Shown piece after piece: positions 19,848-29,165 of a stretch of 64,000 nt of DNA. The translations under genes and the position numbers were made by a program. The notes under the pieces were generated by a model that saw nothing but the letters and a program-made list of their open reading frames with translations, did no database searches and had not been told where the DNA came from. The stretch spans positions 32,001 through 96,000 of the forward strand of contig JAXMOL010000005.1 in the NCBI GenBank assembly GCA_034669905.1, in the 5' to 3' direction. Source of the stretch: Candidatus Hydrogenedentota bacterium. GTDB taxonomy: Bacteria > Hydrogenedentota > Hydrogenedentia > Hydrogenedentales > JAEUWI01. How positions within the stretch are numbered: position 1 is the first letter of the stretch; every line of letters begins with the position of its first letter.

Positions 19848-19877
19848 AGTATACCTAGGCCCTTTCCGGTGAATCAA
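19848..19877 (-). promoter_or_regulatory. Putative sigma70 promoter for the riboswitch leader
   Basis: TTGATT-18 nt-TATACT just 5' of the riboswitch. Confidence 0.55.
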
Positions 19878-19974
19878 CCGACGATCGGGCAGGAAACCCG
19901 GGGATTACACGACCGGTCTAATAGACTTCATCGACCGATCCGAAGGCCATTTACCCAAGAAGGAACCCCTACCC

Positions 19975-20931
19975 ATGCGAACTCTTGCCATCGCCGCCCT
20001 GCTGGCGGCGGGACTTTCCCCCAACGCTGCGCTGGCCGAGCCGACCTTTGGCGAGCGCCTGGGGTGGAAGGCCGACGACCGAATTCTCATCCTCCACAAC
20101 GATGACGTCGGCATGTCGCACGAAAGCAATCTCGGCACGATCGAAGGCTTCGAAGGCGGCCTCATGAACTCGAGTAGTACGATGATGCCCTGCTCCTGGG
20201 TCTTGGAATGGCGCGACTACCTGTTGGAACACCCCGAGATCGACAACGGACTTCACCTGACCCTTACGTCGGAGTGGAAACACTACCGATGGCGCCCGGT
20301 GGCGGGCGCGTCGGTCGTCCCCGGTCTGGTAGATGAAGAAGGCTACATGCACCGCCGCGTGATGCAGACCATCACGAACGCCACGGCGGACGAAGTGGAG
20401 ACCGAGATTCGCGCCCAGATCGCCCTTGCGGAAAAGATGGGCCTGCCCATCACCCACCTGGATTCCCACATGGGCACGTTGTTTTATTCCAAGCCCTTCT
20501 TCGAACGCTACATCAAGGTGGGCATCGAAAAGCAGATTCCCATCATGCTGCCCAGCGGACGGGGCGAGGCCAAGACCGACGCCGAAAAAATGTTGCAGCC
20601 CCAGATCCGGGCGGCCGCCAAAGCGGTGTGGGATGGCGGTCTTCCGGTACTCGACTATCTTTTTACTTCCACCGCCGACACAGGTGATGCAAAAGAGATG
20701 ACCGAGGCACTGAAACAGCGAATTCGCGAGTTGGAACCGGGCATCACCCAGATTATCCTTCACGGAACGCGCCCCGGCTGTAACTTTCATGCCATCTCTG
20801 GCTCGGGGAAAAAGCGGAATGCCGAACTGGAAATGGTACTGAGCGAGGAAGTGAAGCAGCTTATTAAAGACGAAGGCATCATCATGACCACCTACCGCGA
20901 GCTCATGGAACGGCGTCAAGCGGTTAAGTAG
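19975..20931 (+). CDS. YdjC/ChbG-family carbohydrate deacetylase, secreted
   Basis: Signal peptide; ILHNDDVGM, GLHLTLTSEW and THLDSHMG motifs. Confidence 0.9.
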   Translation: MRTLAIAALLAAGLSPNAALAEPTFGERLGWKADDRILILHNDDVGMSHESNLGTIEGFEGGLMNSSSTMMPCSWVLEWRDYLLEHPEIDNGLHLTLTSEWKHYRWRPVAGASVVPGLVDEEGYMHRRVMQTITNATADEVETEIRAQIALAEKMGLPITHLDSHMGTLFYSKPFFERYIKVGIEKQIPIMLPSGRGEAKTDAEKMLQPQIRAAAKAVWDGGLPVLDYLFTSTADTGDAKEMTEALKQRIRELEPGITQIILHGTRPGCNFHAISGSGKKRNAELEMVLSEEVKQLIKDEGIIMTTYRELMERRQAVK

Positions 20932-20958
20932 GCCCCACACCAACATCACAGCATCAGG

Positions 20959-21001
20959 AACGCCCCATAAGCCTGACACGGCCTATGGGGCGTTTGTTTT
21001 T
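20959..21001 (+). terminator. Rho-independent terminator between convergent genes
   Basis: AACGCCCCATA..TATGGGGCGTT followed by TGTTTTT. Confidence 0.8.
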
Positions 21002-21018
21002 CTGATGATATAGGTGAT

Positions 21019-23886
21019 CTATTGCGCCCCGTCTGCGGAGGCCTCGGTAATCAAGACCGGCGTGCCGATGGGCAGCTCCTCGAAAACTTTGATGACGTCA
21101 TCATTAAGCAGACGAACGCACCCGTGAGAAGACGGCGTGCCAATTTTCTCTTCACCGTTGGTGCCGTGGATATAGATGCACCGTTGCTTCGAGTCCACCA
21201 GGGTCCCATCGGGACGGGTGCCTTTGTTCACTCCCGGCTCCATACCATCCAGCCAGAGGACCCGGGTGAGCACCAGATCCTCCACCACGTCATCGCCGGG
21301 CTTCCAGATCTCCTTCGTCGCGCGACGGGCTCGAAACACCTGGCCCCAGGGGGCATCGGCACCAAACTTCTCATCCACTTTGTGCCAACCCAAGGGGGTC
21401 TGAAGGCTGCCAGAGACGGAACCCGTGCCCGCGCTCGCCGTGGCGCAGGGAAGGGTCTTACGGATCTTTCCACCTTCGATCACGTGAAAGGTTTGTTTAT
21501 CCACATCAATCCAGACTCCGAGCGCCTGGCCCACCTTCTCCGCCCAACCGTATCGATTGAGTGCGCTTAACGCTTCGTCCCCCATGTCGGGTCCTCCTTG
21601 ATTACTCTCTGGGCCAATTGACGCGGCGTTGCTGGTGGCTTTTACCCCATCGGCCACCTCGATAATTACCGTCACCCCCTCGGGCACCTCCAGGTGATAT
21701 CCTGACGCGGGATCAAAGCGGGCCGTCATGCTGCCCTGCGGGTGGGGCACGGTGAGCGTCATGGCGGGCAACCCGTCAATCTGCGGCGGGGCGAAGCGAA
21801 CGGATGTCCAACCCGGCGCGGCCGGTGACAGGCCCAGGACGTGCTCTGCGAGGATATAAATGGGGCTGCTGCTCCAGGGGTGGCACCAACTGGTATTCCA
21901 CTTCTGATCTGGCCCCCAGACTTCCATGCAGGTCGTGGCGCCGGCGCGCAGCATTTCTTTCCAGCCATACTCCGTGTCGTTCGTCAACAGGGCAAAACCC
22001 AGTTCGGGATTGCCCGCGCGAAAGCAGGCTTCGATTACATAGGACGCGATGTACACGCCGCATTGCAGGCCCTTCTCTTCGATGAGGGCGAGCATTTTCT
22101 GGGGGTCTGCCCCTGCCGTCAGGCCAAAGGCCAGGGGGATGGCGTTGGCATGGAGTGAACTGTGAGTCGAGCCCGGCGCATCCACATAGAGTCCCGTCTT
22201 CGGATCCGCCAGTTGCGCGGCGAACGCGGCAGACACCTGTTCGGCTTTCGCCGTATAGGCCGCACCATCCCGGCCTAGCACCTCTTCCAAACGGGCGGCG
22301 GCGCGCAGGGCTCCGTAATAAAAGCCGTTCAGGACCGTATTGGCCTTATCTTTTGAGAAGTCATAGTCGTAGCCATCACGGAGATTCTCCGGCCAATCGA
22401 CCAAGAGCCACTTTTCCGGTTTATCGAGCCCCTCTACCAGACCGGCTTCATTGGCAAAACTTCCATAGTAGGTGAAGAGTCCGGGAAACACATGATCGAC
22501 CATGGCTTCCAGGAAATCCCGATCTCCGGTACGCTCATAATACGCCTCCAGCAAAAACGGGTATTGCAGGGGGTATTCGGCAATTTCCTGCATGAAATGG
22601 CCCGGGGCCACCGCCATCATACCGGGATGTATCTGGCAGGAAAGGTAAAAATCATAGAGTGCTTTTCGGGTAAGGGTAGCGTCGTTGGTAAGCCACAGGT
22701 GGGAGCGCCCCGTAATGACCGCGTCACCGAGATACTGCCCTTTCTCGCGGGTCGGGCAATCCAGGAAGCCCCCTTGAGAGCCCATCTGAACTCCCCGCTT
22801 GCAGATCTCAAAAATCTGGGCGAGCTGCGCGTCATCCGAGGTAAAGCGGCTCGCGGCATCGTCAAAGGGATGGTGTCTGACGTCCACCCAGACTTCGGGT
22901 TCTACGGGCGCGTCCAGAATTTCCAAATAGCGGAAGGCACGATAGTCATAAAAAGGGATGATATCCTCGTTGCCCGAAAGGACCGGCTTCTCTTCGTAGG
23001 TCATGCTGGCGCGAATCTTATAGCGGACTCGACCATCCGACTCCAGTTCCTCCCCGTGGCGCACCGTAATGGTGTCCCCCGCCTTCCCCTTAATGCGAAT
23101 GCGCGTATGACCTGCAATCTCGGTTCCGAAATCATAGAACCAGACACCGTTTCCCAACTGCTTTTTCGTGACAGGCTCTTTTCGGTACCGCGCGAGGGGG
23201 GGCGTAGCCTGCTGCACAAAGACGTGGTCCTGACGCCCCGTATCGGGCTTCCGCCAGGCGCCGTCATCGAAGCCCACCATGTCCCACCCGACGGGAAGCA
23301 GCCGCATGTCAATGTTTTCGAGAAACTGGGTCTGGTACCCAATCGTTTCTTCCCCTGGAAATGCCTCGAGGGGGAAAACGCGCCACTGCTCGTTTGAGCG
23401 AAATGTCTCGGACGTGCCATCGGCATAGGTCACCTCCAGGCGAAGTATCATCCCGGAGCGATTGTCCCCGCTTCCCCAAACGCGGTTGCGAAGCCCCTGG
23501 TAAAAGACGTGCGCCGCGAGGCAGTTGGGCCCTTTCTCCAGGTAGTCCGCAATGTCCAGCCAGTAATAGGGATAGGAAAAGTAGTATCCCCCTTCCGGTC
23601 CCTGGACGACGGGAAACCCGTTAATCCGCAGCTTATAGTAGTCGTCGCCTGTAATGTAGAGGTGTGCAGCCGTTGGCGCATCCTTCAGCACGATCTCGGA
23701 GCGCATCAGGGTGTGGATGTTCTTCGGACCTTCCACTTCCGGCGGCTTGACCTGCTCCCGAAGCAAGAAATCAACCGTGGGAAGTCCGGCCATTCGCGGG
23801 TCACGAAGCCACGTGGCATCGCCAAAGACATCGGCCCAGAGGGGGGCCGCAATCAACAAAACAACTATCAGCACGTAACGGACCAT
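21019..23886 (-). CDS. GH78 alpha-L-rhamnosidase fused to a C-terminal YkuD L,D-transpeptidase domain
   Basis: Signal peptide MVRYVLIV; LDCPTREKGQYLGD, ATTCMEVW and SWCHPW (GH78); IYIHGTN..IGTPSSHGCVRL (YkuD). Confidence 0.9.
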   Translation of the reverse strand: MVRYVLIVVLLIAAPLWADVFGDATWLRDPRMAGLPTVDFLLREQVKPPEVEGPKNIHTLMRSEIVLKDAPTAAHLYITGDDYYKLRINGFPVVQGPEGGYYFSYPYYWLDIADYLEKGPNCLAAHVFYQGLRNRVWGSGDNRSGMILRLEVTYADGTSETFRSNEQWRVFPLEAFPGEETIGYQTQFLENIDMRLLPVGWDMVGFDDGAWRKPDTGRQDHVFVQQATPPLARYRKEPVTKKQLGNGVWFYDFGTEIAGHTRIRIKGKAGDTITVRHGEELESDGRVRYKIRASMTYEEKPVLSGNEDIIPFYDYRAFRYLEILDAPVEPEVWVDVRHHPFDDAASRFTSDDAQLAQIFEICKRGVQMGSQGGFLDCPTREKGQYLGDAVITGRSHLWLTNDATLTRKALYDFYLSCQIHPGMMAVAPGHFMQEIAEYPLQYPFLLEAYYERTGDRDFLEAMVDHVFPGLFTYYGSFANEAGLVEGLDKPEKWLLVDWPENLRDGYDYDFSKDKANTVLNGFYYGALRAAARLEEVLGRDGAAYTAKAEQVSAAFAAQLADPKTGLYVDAPGSTHSSLHANAIPLAFGLTAGADPQKMLALIEEKGLQCGVYIASYVIEACFRAGNPELGFALLTNDTEYGWKEMLRAGATTCMEVWGPDQKWNTSWCHPWSSSPIYILAEHVLGLSPAAPGWTSVRFAPPQIDGLPAMTLTVPHPQGSMTARFDPASGYHLEVPEGVTVIIEVADGVKATSNAASIGPESNQGGPDMGDEALSALNRYGWAEKVGQALGVWIDVDKQTFHVIEGGKIRKTLPCATASAGTGSVSGSLQTPLGWHKVDEKFGADAPWGQVFRARRATKEIWKPGDDVVEDLVLTRVLWLDGMEPGVNKGTRPDGTLVDSKQRCIYIHGTNGEEKIGTPSSHGCVRLLNDDVIKVFEELPIGTPVLITEASADGAQ

Positions 23887-24050
23887 GGTAATGTAAGCTC
23901 CTGAAAAGATTGAGTTGTAGTGTAGCAATCCCAGACGGGCCTTTCCCACCTGCTGCGCGCGCTACCCGCCCGTTACGGCGGACCCGCTACCCTGCCCGTG
24001 CGCCGGGAGAAAAACCTGAGCCGCCAGTGCACCTCGGGCATTCCGCAAAT

Positions 24051-24092
24051 AAAAACAAAGAAACGGCATCCCGTTGTAGAGACACCGTTTCT
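24051..24092 (-). terminator. Rho-independent terminator between the two GH78 genes
   Basis: AGAAACGGTGTC..GATGCCGTTTCT followed by TTGTTTTT on the minus strand. Confidence 0.7.
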
Positions 24093-24147
24093 GAGTTTTT
24101 TCGTATCGAGTCAGACGGACCGCTACCTTGTGGTGCGAACAGCGACG

Positions 24148-26424
24148 TTAACGTATCGGCTCGCCATTGCTACGTACCGACAGGCCGTCCACGGCGACAA
24201 TCGCGACGGGCACTCCTTCGGGCACGGTCAGTTGATAGCCAGTGGCCGGGTCGTAGTTTACGGTCATACGGCCAAGGGGGTGGGGCACGGTCAACGTCAT
24301 CGCGGGCAAGCCTGCGATCTTCGCAGGTGCAAAGCGAACGGCTTCCCAACCCGGCGCTGCCGGCGTCAGACCCAGGACATGCTCCGCAATGAGATAGATG
24401 GGACTCGTGGCCCAGGGATGGCACCAACTCATGTTGCTCTTCTGGTCAGGACTCCACACTTCCAGGCACGTCGTGGCGCCCGCGCGAAGCATCTCGTTCC
24501 AGCTGTTCTTGTCATCATTGGTAAGCAGTGCGTAGCCCAGGTCCGGGGCGCCAGCACGGAAGCAGGCTTCAATCACATAGGACGCGATGTACACCCCACA
24601 ACTCAAGCCTTTGCCCTTAATGAACGCAAGCATCCGGGCCGGATCGGCGCCCTTCGTCAGGCCGAAAGCCAGGGGAACGGCGTTGGCATGCAGAGAGCTG
24701 TGGGTCGAACCCGGTCTATCCACATACAGGCCCGTTGCCGGATCGACGAGCAACGTTGCAAAGGCCTCGGCAACGCGGTCGGCCCGGGCCGTATAGGCAC
24801 CGCTGTCCCTCCCCAGGAGGGCCTCCAGACGGGCGGCACACTGAAGTGCGCCATAGTAGAAACCGTTCAGCAAGGTATTGGGGGCGTCATTGCTGGGGTA
24901 GTCATAGCCATCACGCATATTACCCGGCCAATCGATCACCAGCCATTTCTCGGGTTTGTTCAAGCCCACCAGAAGTCCCGTTTCATTCTCATAACGGGCG
25001 TAGTAGGCAAAGAGTCCCGGAAACACATTGTCCACCATGGCTTCCAGGAAGGCACGGTCACCCGAGTGGTTGTAATAATACTCCAGCATCAAGGGATATT
25101 GGAGCGGAAACTCGGCGATTTCCTGCATAAAGTGACCTGGCGCGACCCCCATCATGCCCGGGTGAATCTTACAGGACTGATAAAACTCATAGAGTGCTTT
25201 TTTCGTCAAACTGGGGTCACCGGTGAGCCAGAGGTGAGACCGTGCCGCAATCACCGTGTCGCCCAGATACTGTCCCTTCTCCCGGGTCGGGCAGTCGACA
25301 AATCCTCCCTGAGAGCCCATCTGGATCGTATTCTTGCAGAGTGTGAAGATCTGTTCCAGGGACGTGTCGCTGGCGGTGAAGGTGCTCTCGGACGGATCAA
25401 AAGGATGATGGCGAACCTCCACCCACAGCACGGGCTCTACCGGACTATCCAGGATTTCCATATAACGAAAAGCCCGATAGTCATAGAAGGGAATCACATC
25501 CACCTTCCCCGAAAGAACCGGCTTCTCTTCGTAGGTCATGTTTGCCCGCAACTTGTAGCGGACCCGACCATCGTCGTTGAGCTCCTCGCCATGGCGCACG
25601 GTGATTACCTGGCCGGCCTCACCCTGCACCTGAACCCGGGTATGGCCAACGATTTCCGTACCGAAATCGTAAAACCAGGTGCCATCCTCCAGCCGTTTCG
25701 CGACCTTGGGCTGGACGGCATAGCGCTGCAACGGAGGGGTGACTTGTTCGATAAAGACATGATCCTGTCGCCCTACTGCCGGGGACACCCACGTACGCTC
25801 GTCAAATCCCACCTGCTCCCACCCCACTGGCATATGGCGCATGTCGATGTGCTCGAGGAACTGGGTGCTGTAGCCAATCGTATCTTCCCCGGGGAAGGCT
25901 TCCAGCGGCAAGACACGCCAGTTGTCATCGGTCTCGAAAATTTCGGTGGTCCCGTCCGCATAGGTCACCTCCAGCCGCAGGATGAAGCCTGACCGATTGT
26001 CGGCGCTACCCCATACCCGGTTACGCAGGCCCTGATAATAGACGTGGCTGGCGAGGCAGTTCGTGCCGCCCTGGAGTGCCTTCGAAATCTCCAGCGCGTA
26101 GTAGGGGTAAGAAAAGTCATAGCCCCCTTCCGGTCCCTGAACAAGCGGGGTACCGTTCACACTGAGTTTATAGTAGTCATCACCCGTAACATAAAGTTGG
26201 GCAGAGGTTGGTTTTTCCCGGAGCGTGATTTCATCCCGCATCAGGGTGTGGATATTCTTGGGCCCCGATGCGGCGGGCGCCGGTTCTTTCGCACGAATCA
26301 GATAATTGATAGTGGGCAGGTCCGCCATTCGCGGGTCCGACAGCCATTGGGCATCACCAAACACATCGGCACGAACGGAAAAAGTGACCAGGGTGGCCAC
26401 AAGCAGGATACTACGAATAATCAT
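24148..26424 (-). CDS. GH78 alpha-L-rhamnosidase, tandem paralog without YkuD
   Basis: Signal peptide; VDCPTREKGQYLGD, ATTCLEVW and SWCHPW; colinear with the downstream paralog. Confidence 0.92.
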   Translation of the reverse strand: MIIRSILLVATLVTFSVRADVFGDAQWLSDPRMADLPTINYLIRAKEPAPAASGPKNIHTLMRDEITLREKPTSAQLYVTGDDYYKLSVNGTPLVQGPEGGYDFSYPYYALEISKALQGGTNCLASHVYYQGLRNRVWGSADNRSGFILRLEVTYADGTTEIFETDDNWRVLPLEAFPGEDTIGYSTQFLEHIDMRHMPVGWEQVGFDERTWVSPAVGRQDHVFIEQVTPPLQRYAVQPKVAKRLEDGTWFYDFGTEIVGHTRVQVQGEAGQVITVRHGEELNDDGRVRYKLRANMTYEEKPVLSGKVDVIPFYDYRAFRYMEILDSPVEPVLWVEVRHHPFDPSESTFTASDTSLEQIFTLCKNTIQMGSQGGFVDCPTREKGQYLGDTVIAARSHLWLTGDPSLTKKALYEFYQSCKIHPGMMGVAPGHFMQEIAEFPLQYPLMLEYYYNHSGDRAFLEAMVDNVFPGLFAYYARYENETGLLVGLNKPEKWLVIDWPGNMRDGYDYPSNDAPNTLLNGFYYGALQCAARLEALLGRDSGAYTARADRVAEAFATLLVDPATGLYVDRPGSTHSSLHANAVPLAFGLTKGADPARMLAFIKGKGLSCGVYIASYVIEACFRAGAPDLGYALLTNDDKNSWNEMLRAGATTCLEVWSPDQKSNMSWCHPWATSPIYLIAEHVLGLTPAAPGWEAVRFAPAKIAGLPAMTLTVPHPLGRMTVNYDPATGYQLTVPEGVPVAIVAVDGLSVRSNGEPIR

Positions 26425-26606
26425 CGATCATCATTCCTGTAATACTTGTGCTAAATCCAATCGATAGGTCTGCACCGATGACCCCATCAGCCTTTTGCGC
26501 AGACCCGGAATCCTCCCTTGCCCGAAAACGGTTCTGGCAAGTCAACCCGATACAACCTCCTTTGGCACTCCCCGCCGTCCGCGAATTACCGCGTACACCC
26601 GGGTAT

Positions 26607-27464
26607 TCACTCCTCCGTACGCTTGATCGTCGCTTTCTCCTTCAGACTGGCGGTGAAGGCATCGATACAGGCATTTTCGCGCTCCGTCACAAGATGTTCG
26701 CGCACCTCTTCGATGACGTCTTCGAAATTCCGGGGTGCGGCGGGAATATGGTCAATCACTTTGGCAATATGCAACCCAAAGGGGGTCTTGAAGACACCAC
26801 TCACTTCTCCCGGTTTCATGGCAAAGACGACTTCTTCAAACTCTGGTACCATCTGGCCCCGCCCGAAAAAGCCCAGATCGCCATTGTCATCAGGGCAATC
26901 GTTGTTACTCTTGGTGAAGGACTCAAAGGGTTCTCCCGCCTCGATCTTCGCGCGAACTTCCTTCAGCTCGGCATGGGCGGCGTGTTCTTCCAAGGCGTTG
27001 CCCGAGCAATGGCGCACAATGTGGGCTGCGCGCACGTGCTCTTCGGTCTCAAAGCGCTCCGGGTGGGCGTCGTAGCAGGCGCGACACTCCGCGTCGGTCG
27101 GACGTTGCAGCTCTGCACAGACACGGTCCAGCATGGCATCAATTTTCATTCGCAGCGCTATATCGGCCTCGATAGCCGCCATGGTCAAGCCCCGGGCCGT
27201 CAGATACTCTTTGAAGGCTTCTTCACTGCCGGCGTTCTTGATCGCGACCTTCAGTTCCTTCTTGACGTCCACCGCCCTGATGTCCGGGCCATTGGTTTGG
27301 GCTTCCTGTCGAACGAGGGTCCGCTCGATCGTGGCGTTTTCGGCCCGGTCCTTCCGTTGGGCGTCGTCCAAATCCGCCATAGTGGGATCCTGGGCAATGA
27401 GTTCTGCTTCAACGGATAGAATTTCCGCTGTCTCTATCCGTTCATCATTTACAAAAAGGGACAC
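26607..27464 (-). CDS. Parvulin (PpiC-type) peptidyl-prolyl isomerase with a SurA-like N-terminal region and no signal peptide
   Basis: VRAAHIV, GDLGFFGRGQMVPEFEEVVF and SGVFKTPFGLHIAKV; GTG start after GAAGG. Confidence 0.9.
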   Translation of the reverse strand: MSLFVNDERIETAEILSVEAELIAQDPTMADLDDAQRKDRAENATIERTLVRQEAQTNGPDIRAVDVKKELKVAIKNAGSEEAFKEYLTARGLTMAAIEADIALRMKIDAMLDRVCAELQRPTDAECRACYDAHPERFETEEHVRAAHIVRHCSGNALEEHAAHAELKEVRAKIEAGEPFESFTKSNNDCPDDNGDLGFFGRGQMVPEFEEVVFAMKPGEVSGVFKTPFGLHIAKVIDHIPAAPRNFEDVIEEVREHLVTERENACIDAFTASLKEKATIKRTEE

Positions 27465-27520
27465 GACAAATGCCTTCGTGGTTGGGTAATTCCATTGGGT
27501 AGGTACGCGCCAAGAGTGTA

Positions 27521-27535
27521 GCAAACCCGTTGCCA
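27521..27535 (-). promoter_or_regulatory. Possible sigma54 promoter for the PPIase gene
   Basis: TGGCAACGGGTTTGC has correct GG/GC spacing; overlaps an alternative TACACT -10 candidate. Confidence 0.35.
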
Positions 27536-27792
27536 GCAATGCATCGGAGTGCCTGCTCCTCGTGTTGCCCCGATGGTATCGTATCCTGGAAACGCATTCC
27601 GTCTTACGACATGGCCTGCGCCACCCCTACCACGGGGAAATCCTGCGTACCGCCATAATTTCCGTTGATTTTCTTCAGGTCTCGGCGTAGACTCACAACT
27701 GAGAAAAAGGCACTAGATTTGGGTTCGTGCGCTCCACACCGATTGATGGACGCCGGGCACCAGGCACCATCATCAGGGAGAGAGTGAACTCT

Positions 27793-29148
27793 ATGAGCGA
27801 GCAAGCGGAGAAAGAAACTGCAAAATTCATGCGCGGATTGAAACGGCGCAACCCGGGGGAAAAAGAATTTCATCAGGCGGTGGAGGAATTCGTCGAGACC
27901 GTCATGCCCTACGTGCTCGAACATCCCAAGTACAAAAAGGCCCAGATTCTGGAACGCATGACCGAGCCGGATCGGACGATTGTCTTTCGGGTCACCTGGG
28001 AGGATGACGAAGGGAACGTCCGGGTTAACCGTGCCTGGCGCGTCCAGTTCAACAATTCCATCGGACCCTATAAGGGAGGCCTCCGCTTTCATCCTTCGGT
28101 TACCCAGAGTGTGTTGAAATTCCTGGGTTTCGAGCAAACCTTCAAGAACAGCCTGACGGGTCTGCCCATGGGCGGTGCCAAGGGGGGCGCCAATTTCAAT
28201 CCCAAGGGAAAAAGCGACCGGGAAGTCATGCGATTCTGCCAGTCCCTCATGATAGAGCTTCACCGCCATGTCGGCGAAGACACCGACATACCTGCCGGTG
28301 ATATTGGTGTGGGCGGTCGGGAAATCAGCTACCTATTTGGCCAATACAAACGGCTGGAAAACAAGTTCGTGGGCATTCTGACGGGCAAAGGACTTGCCTT
28401 CGGCGGAAGCCTCGTCCGCACCGAAGCCACCGGATACGGCAGCGTTTACTTTTGTGAGAACATGTTTAACCACCGGGGTGACAGCCTCCGGGACAAGGTC
28501 TGCACCGTATCGGGTTCCGGCAATGTCGCCACCTACACGGTTGAAAAAGCGATGGAACTCGGGGCCAAGGTTGTTACGCTTTCCGATTCGGGTGGGTTTA
28601 TCCATGACCCCGACGGGTTTACCCCCGAAAAGCTGGCCTTTGTCAAAGACTTGAAGGAGGTTCGCCGGGGACGTATTTCCGAGTATGTCGATGAGTTCAA
28701 GGGCAGCACGTTCCATGCGGACCAGCGGCCCTGGGGGGTTCCCTGTGACGTGGCCTTTCCCTCGGCCACCCAGAATGAAATCAGCGCAGAAGAAGCGGCC
28801 ACCCTACTTAAGAATGGCGTGCAGGCGGTAAGCGAGGGCGCGAATATGCCCACCGTGCTGGAAGGCGCACACCAGTTTATCGACGCCAAAATCCTTTACG
28901 GCCCCTCCAAGGCGGCGAATGCGGGTGGCGTCGCCGTCTCGGGCCTCGAACAGAGCCAGAATGCCCTTCGCCTCTCCTGGAGCCGCGAAGAAGTCGATAC
29001 CCGCCTGCAGGGGATCATGATGGACATCCACAAGCAGTGCGCCGCCCATGGAGTCCGTGCGGATGGTTCTATCAACTACGTGCAGGGGGCCAATATCGCC
29101 GGCTTCATCAAAGTAGCCGACGCGATGCTGGCCTATGGCTGTGTGTAA
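27793..29148 (+). CDS. gdhA: NADP-specific glutamate dehydrogenase
   Basis: GPYKGGLRFHPSV, LPMGGAKGG, DIPAGDIGVG, RTEATGYG and KAANAGGVAVS. Confidence 0.97.
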   Translation: MSEQAEKETAKFMRGLKRRNPGEKEFHQAVEEFVETVMPYVLEHPKYKKAQILERMTEPDRTIVFRVTWEDDEGNVRVNRAWRVQFNNSIGPYKGGLRFHPSVTQSVLKFLGFEQTFKNSLTGLPMGGAKGGANFNPKGKSDREVMRFCQSLMIELHRHVGEDTDIPAGDIGVGGREISYLFGQYKRLENKFVGILTGKGLAFGGSLVRTEATGYGSVYFCENMFNHRGDSLRDKVCTVSGSGNVATYTVEKAMELGAKVVTLSDSGGFIHDPDGFTPEKLAFVKDLKEVRRGRISEYVDEFKGSTFHADQRPWGVPCDVAFPSATQNEISAEEAATLLKNGVQAVSEGANMPTVLEGAHQFIDAKILYGPSKAANAGGVAVSGLEQSQNALRLSWSREEVDTRLQGIMMDIHKQCAAHGVRADGSINYVQGANIAGFIKVADAMLAYGCV

Positions 29149-29165
29149 CCGGATTGGAAGACAAA

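Noticed and set aside
23998..25992. 664 aa plus-strand ORF
   Set aside because: Antisense shadow of GH78
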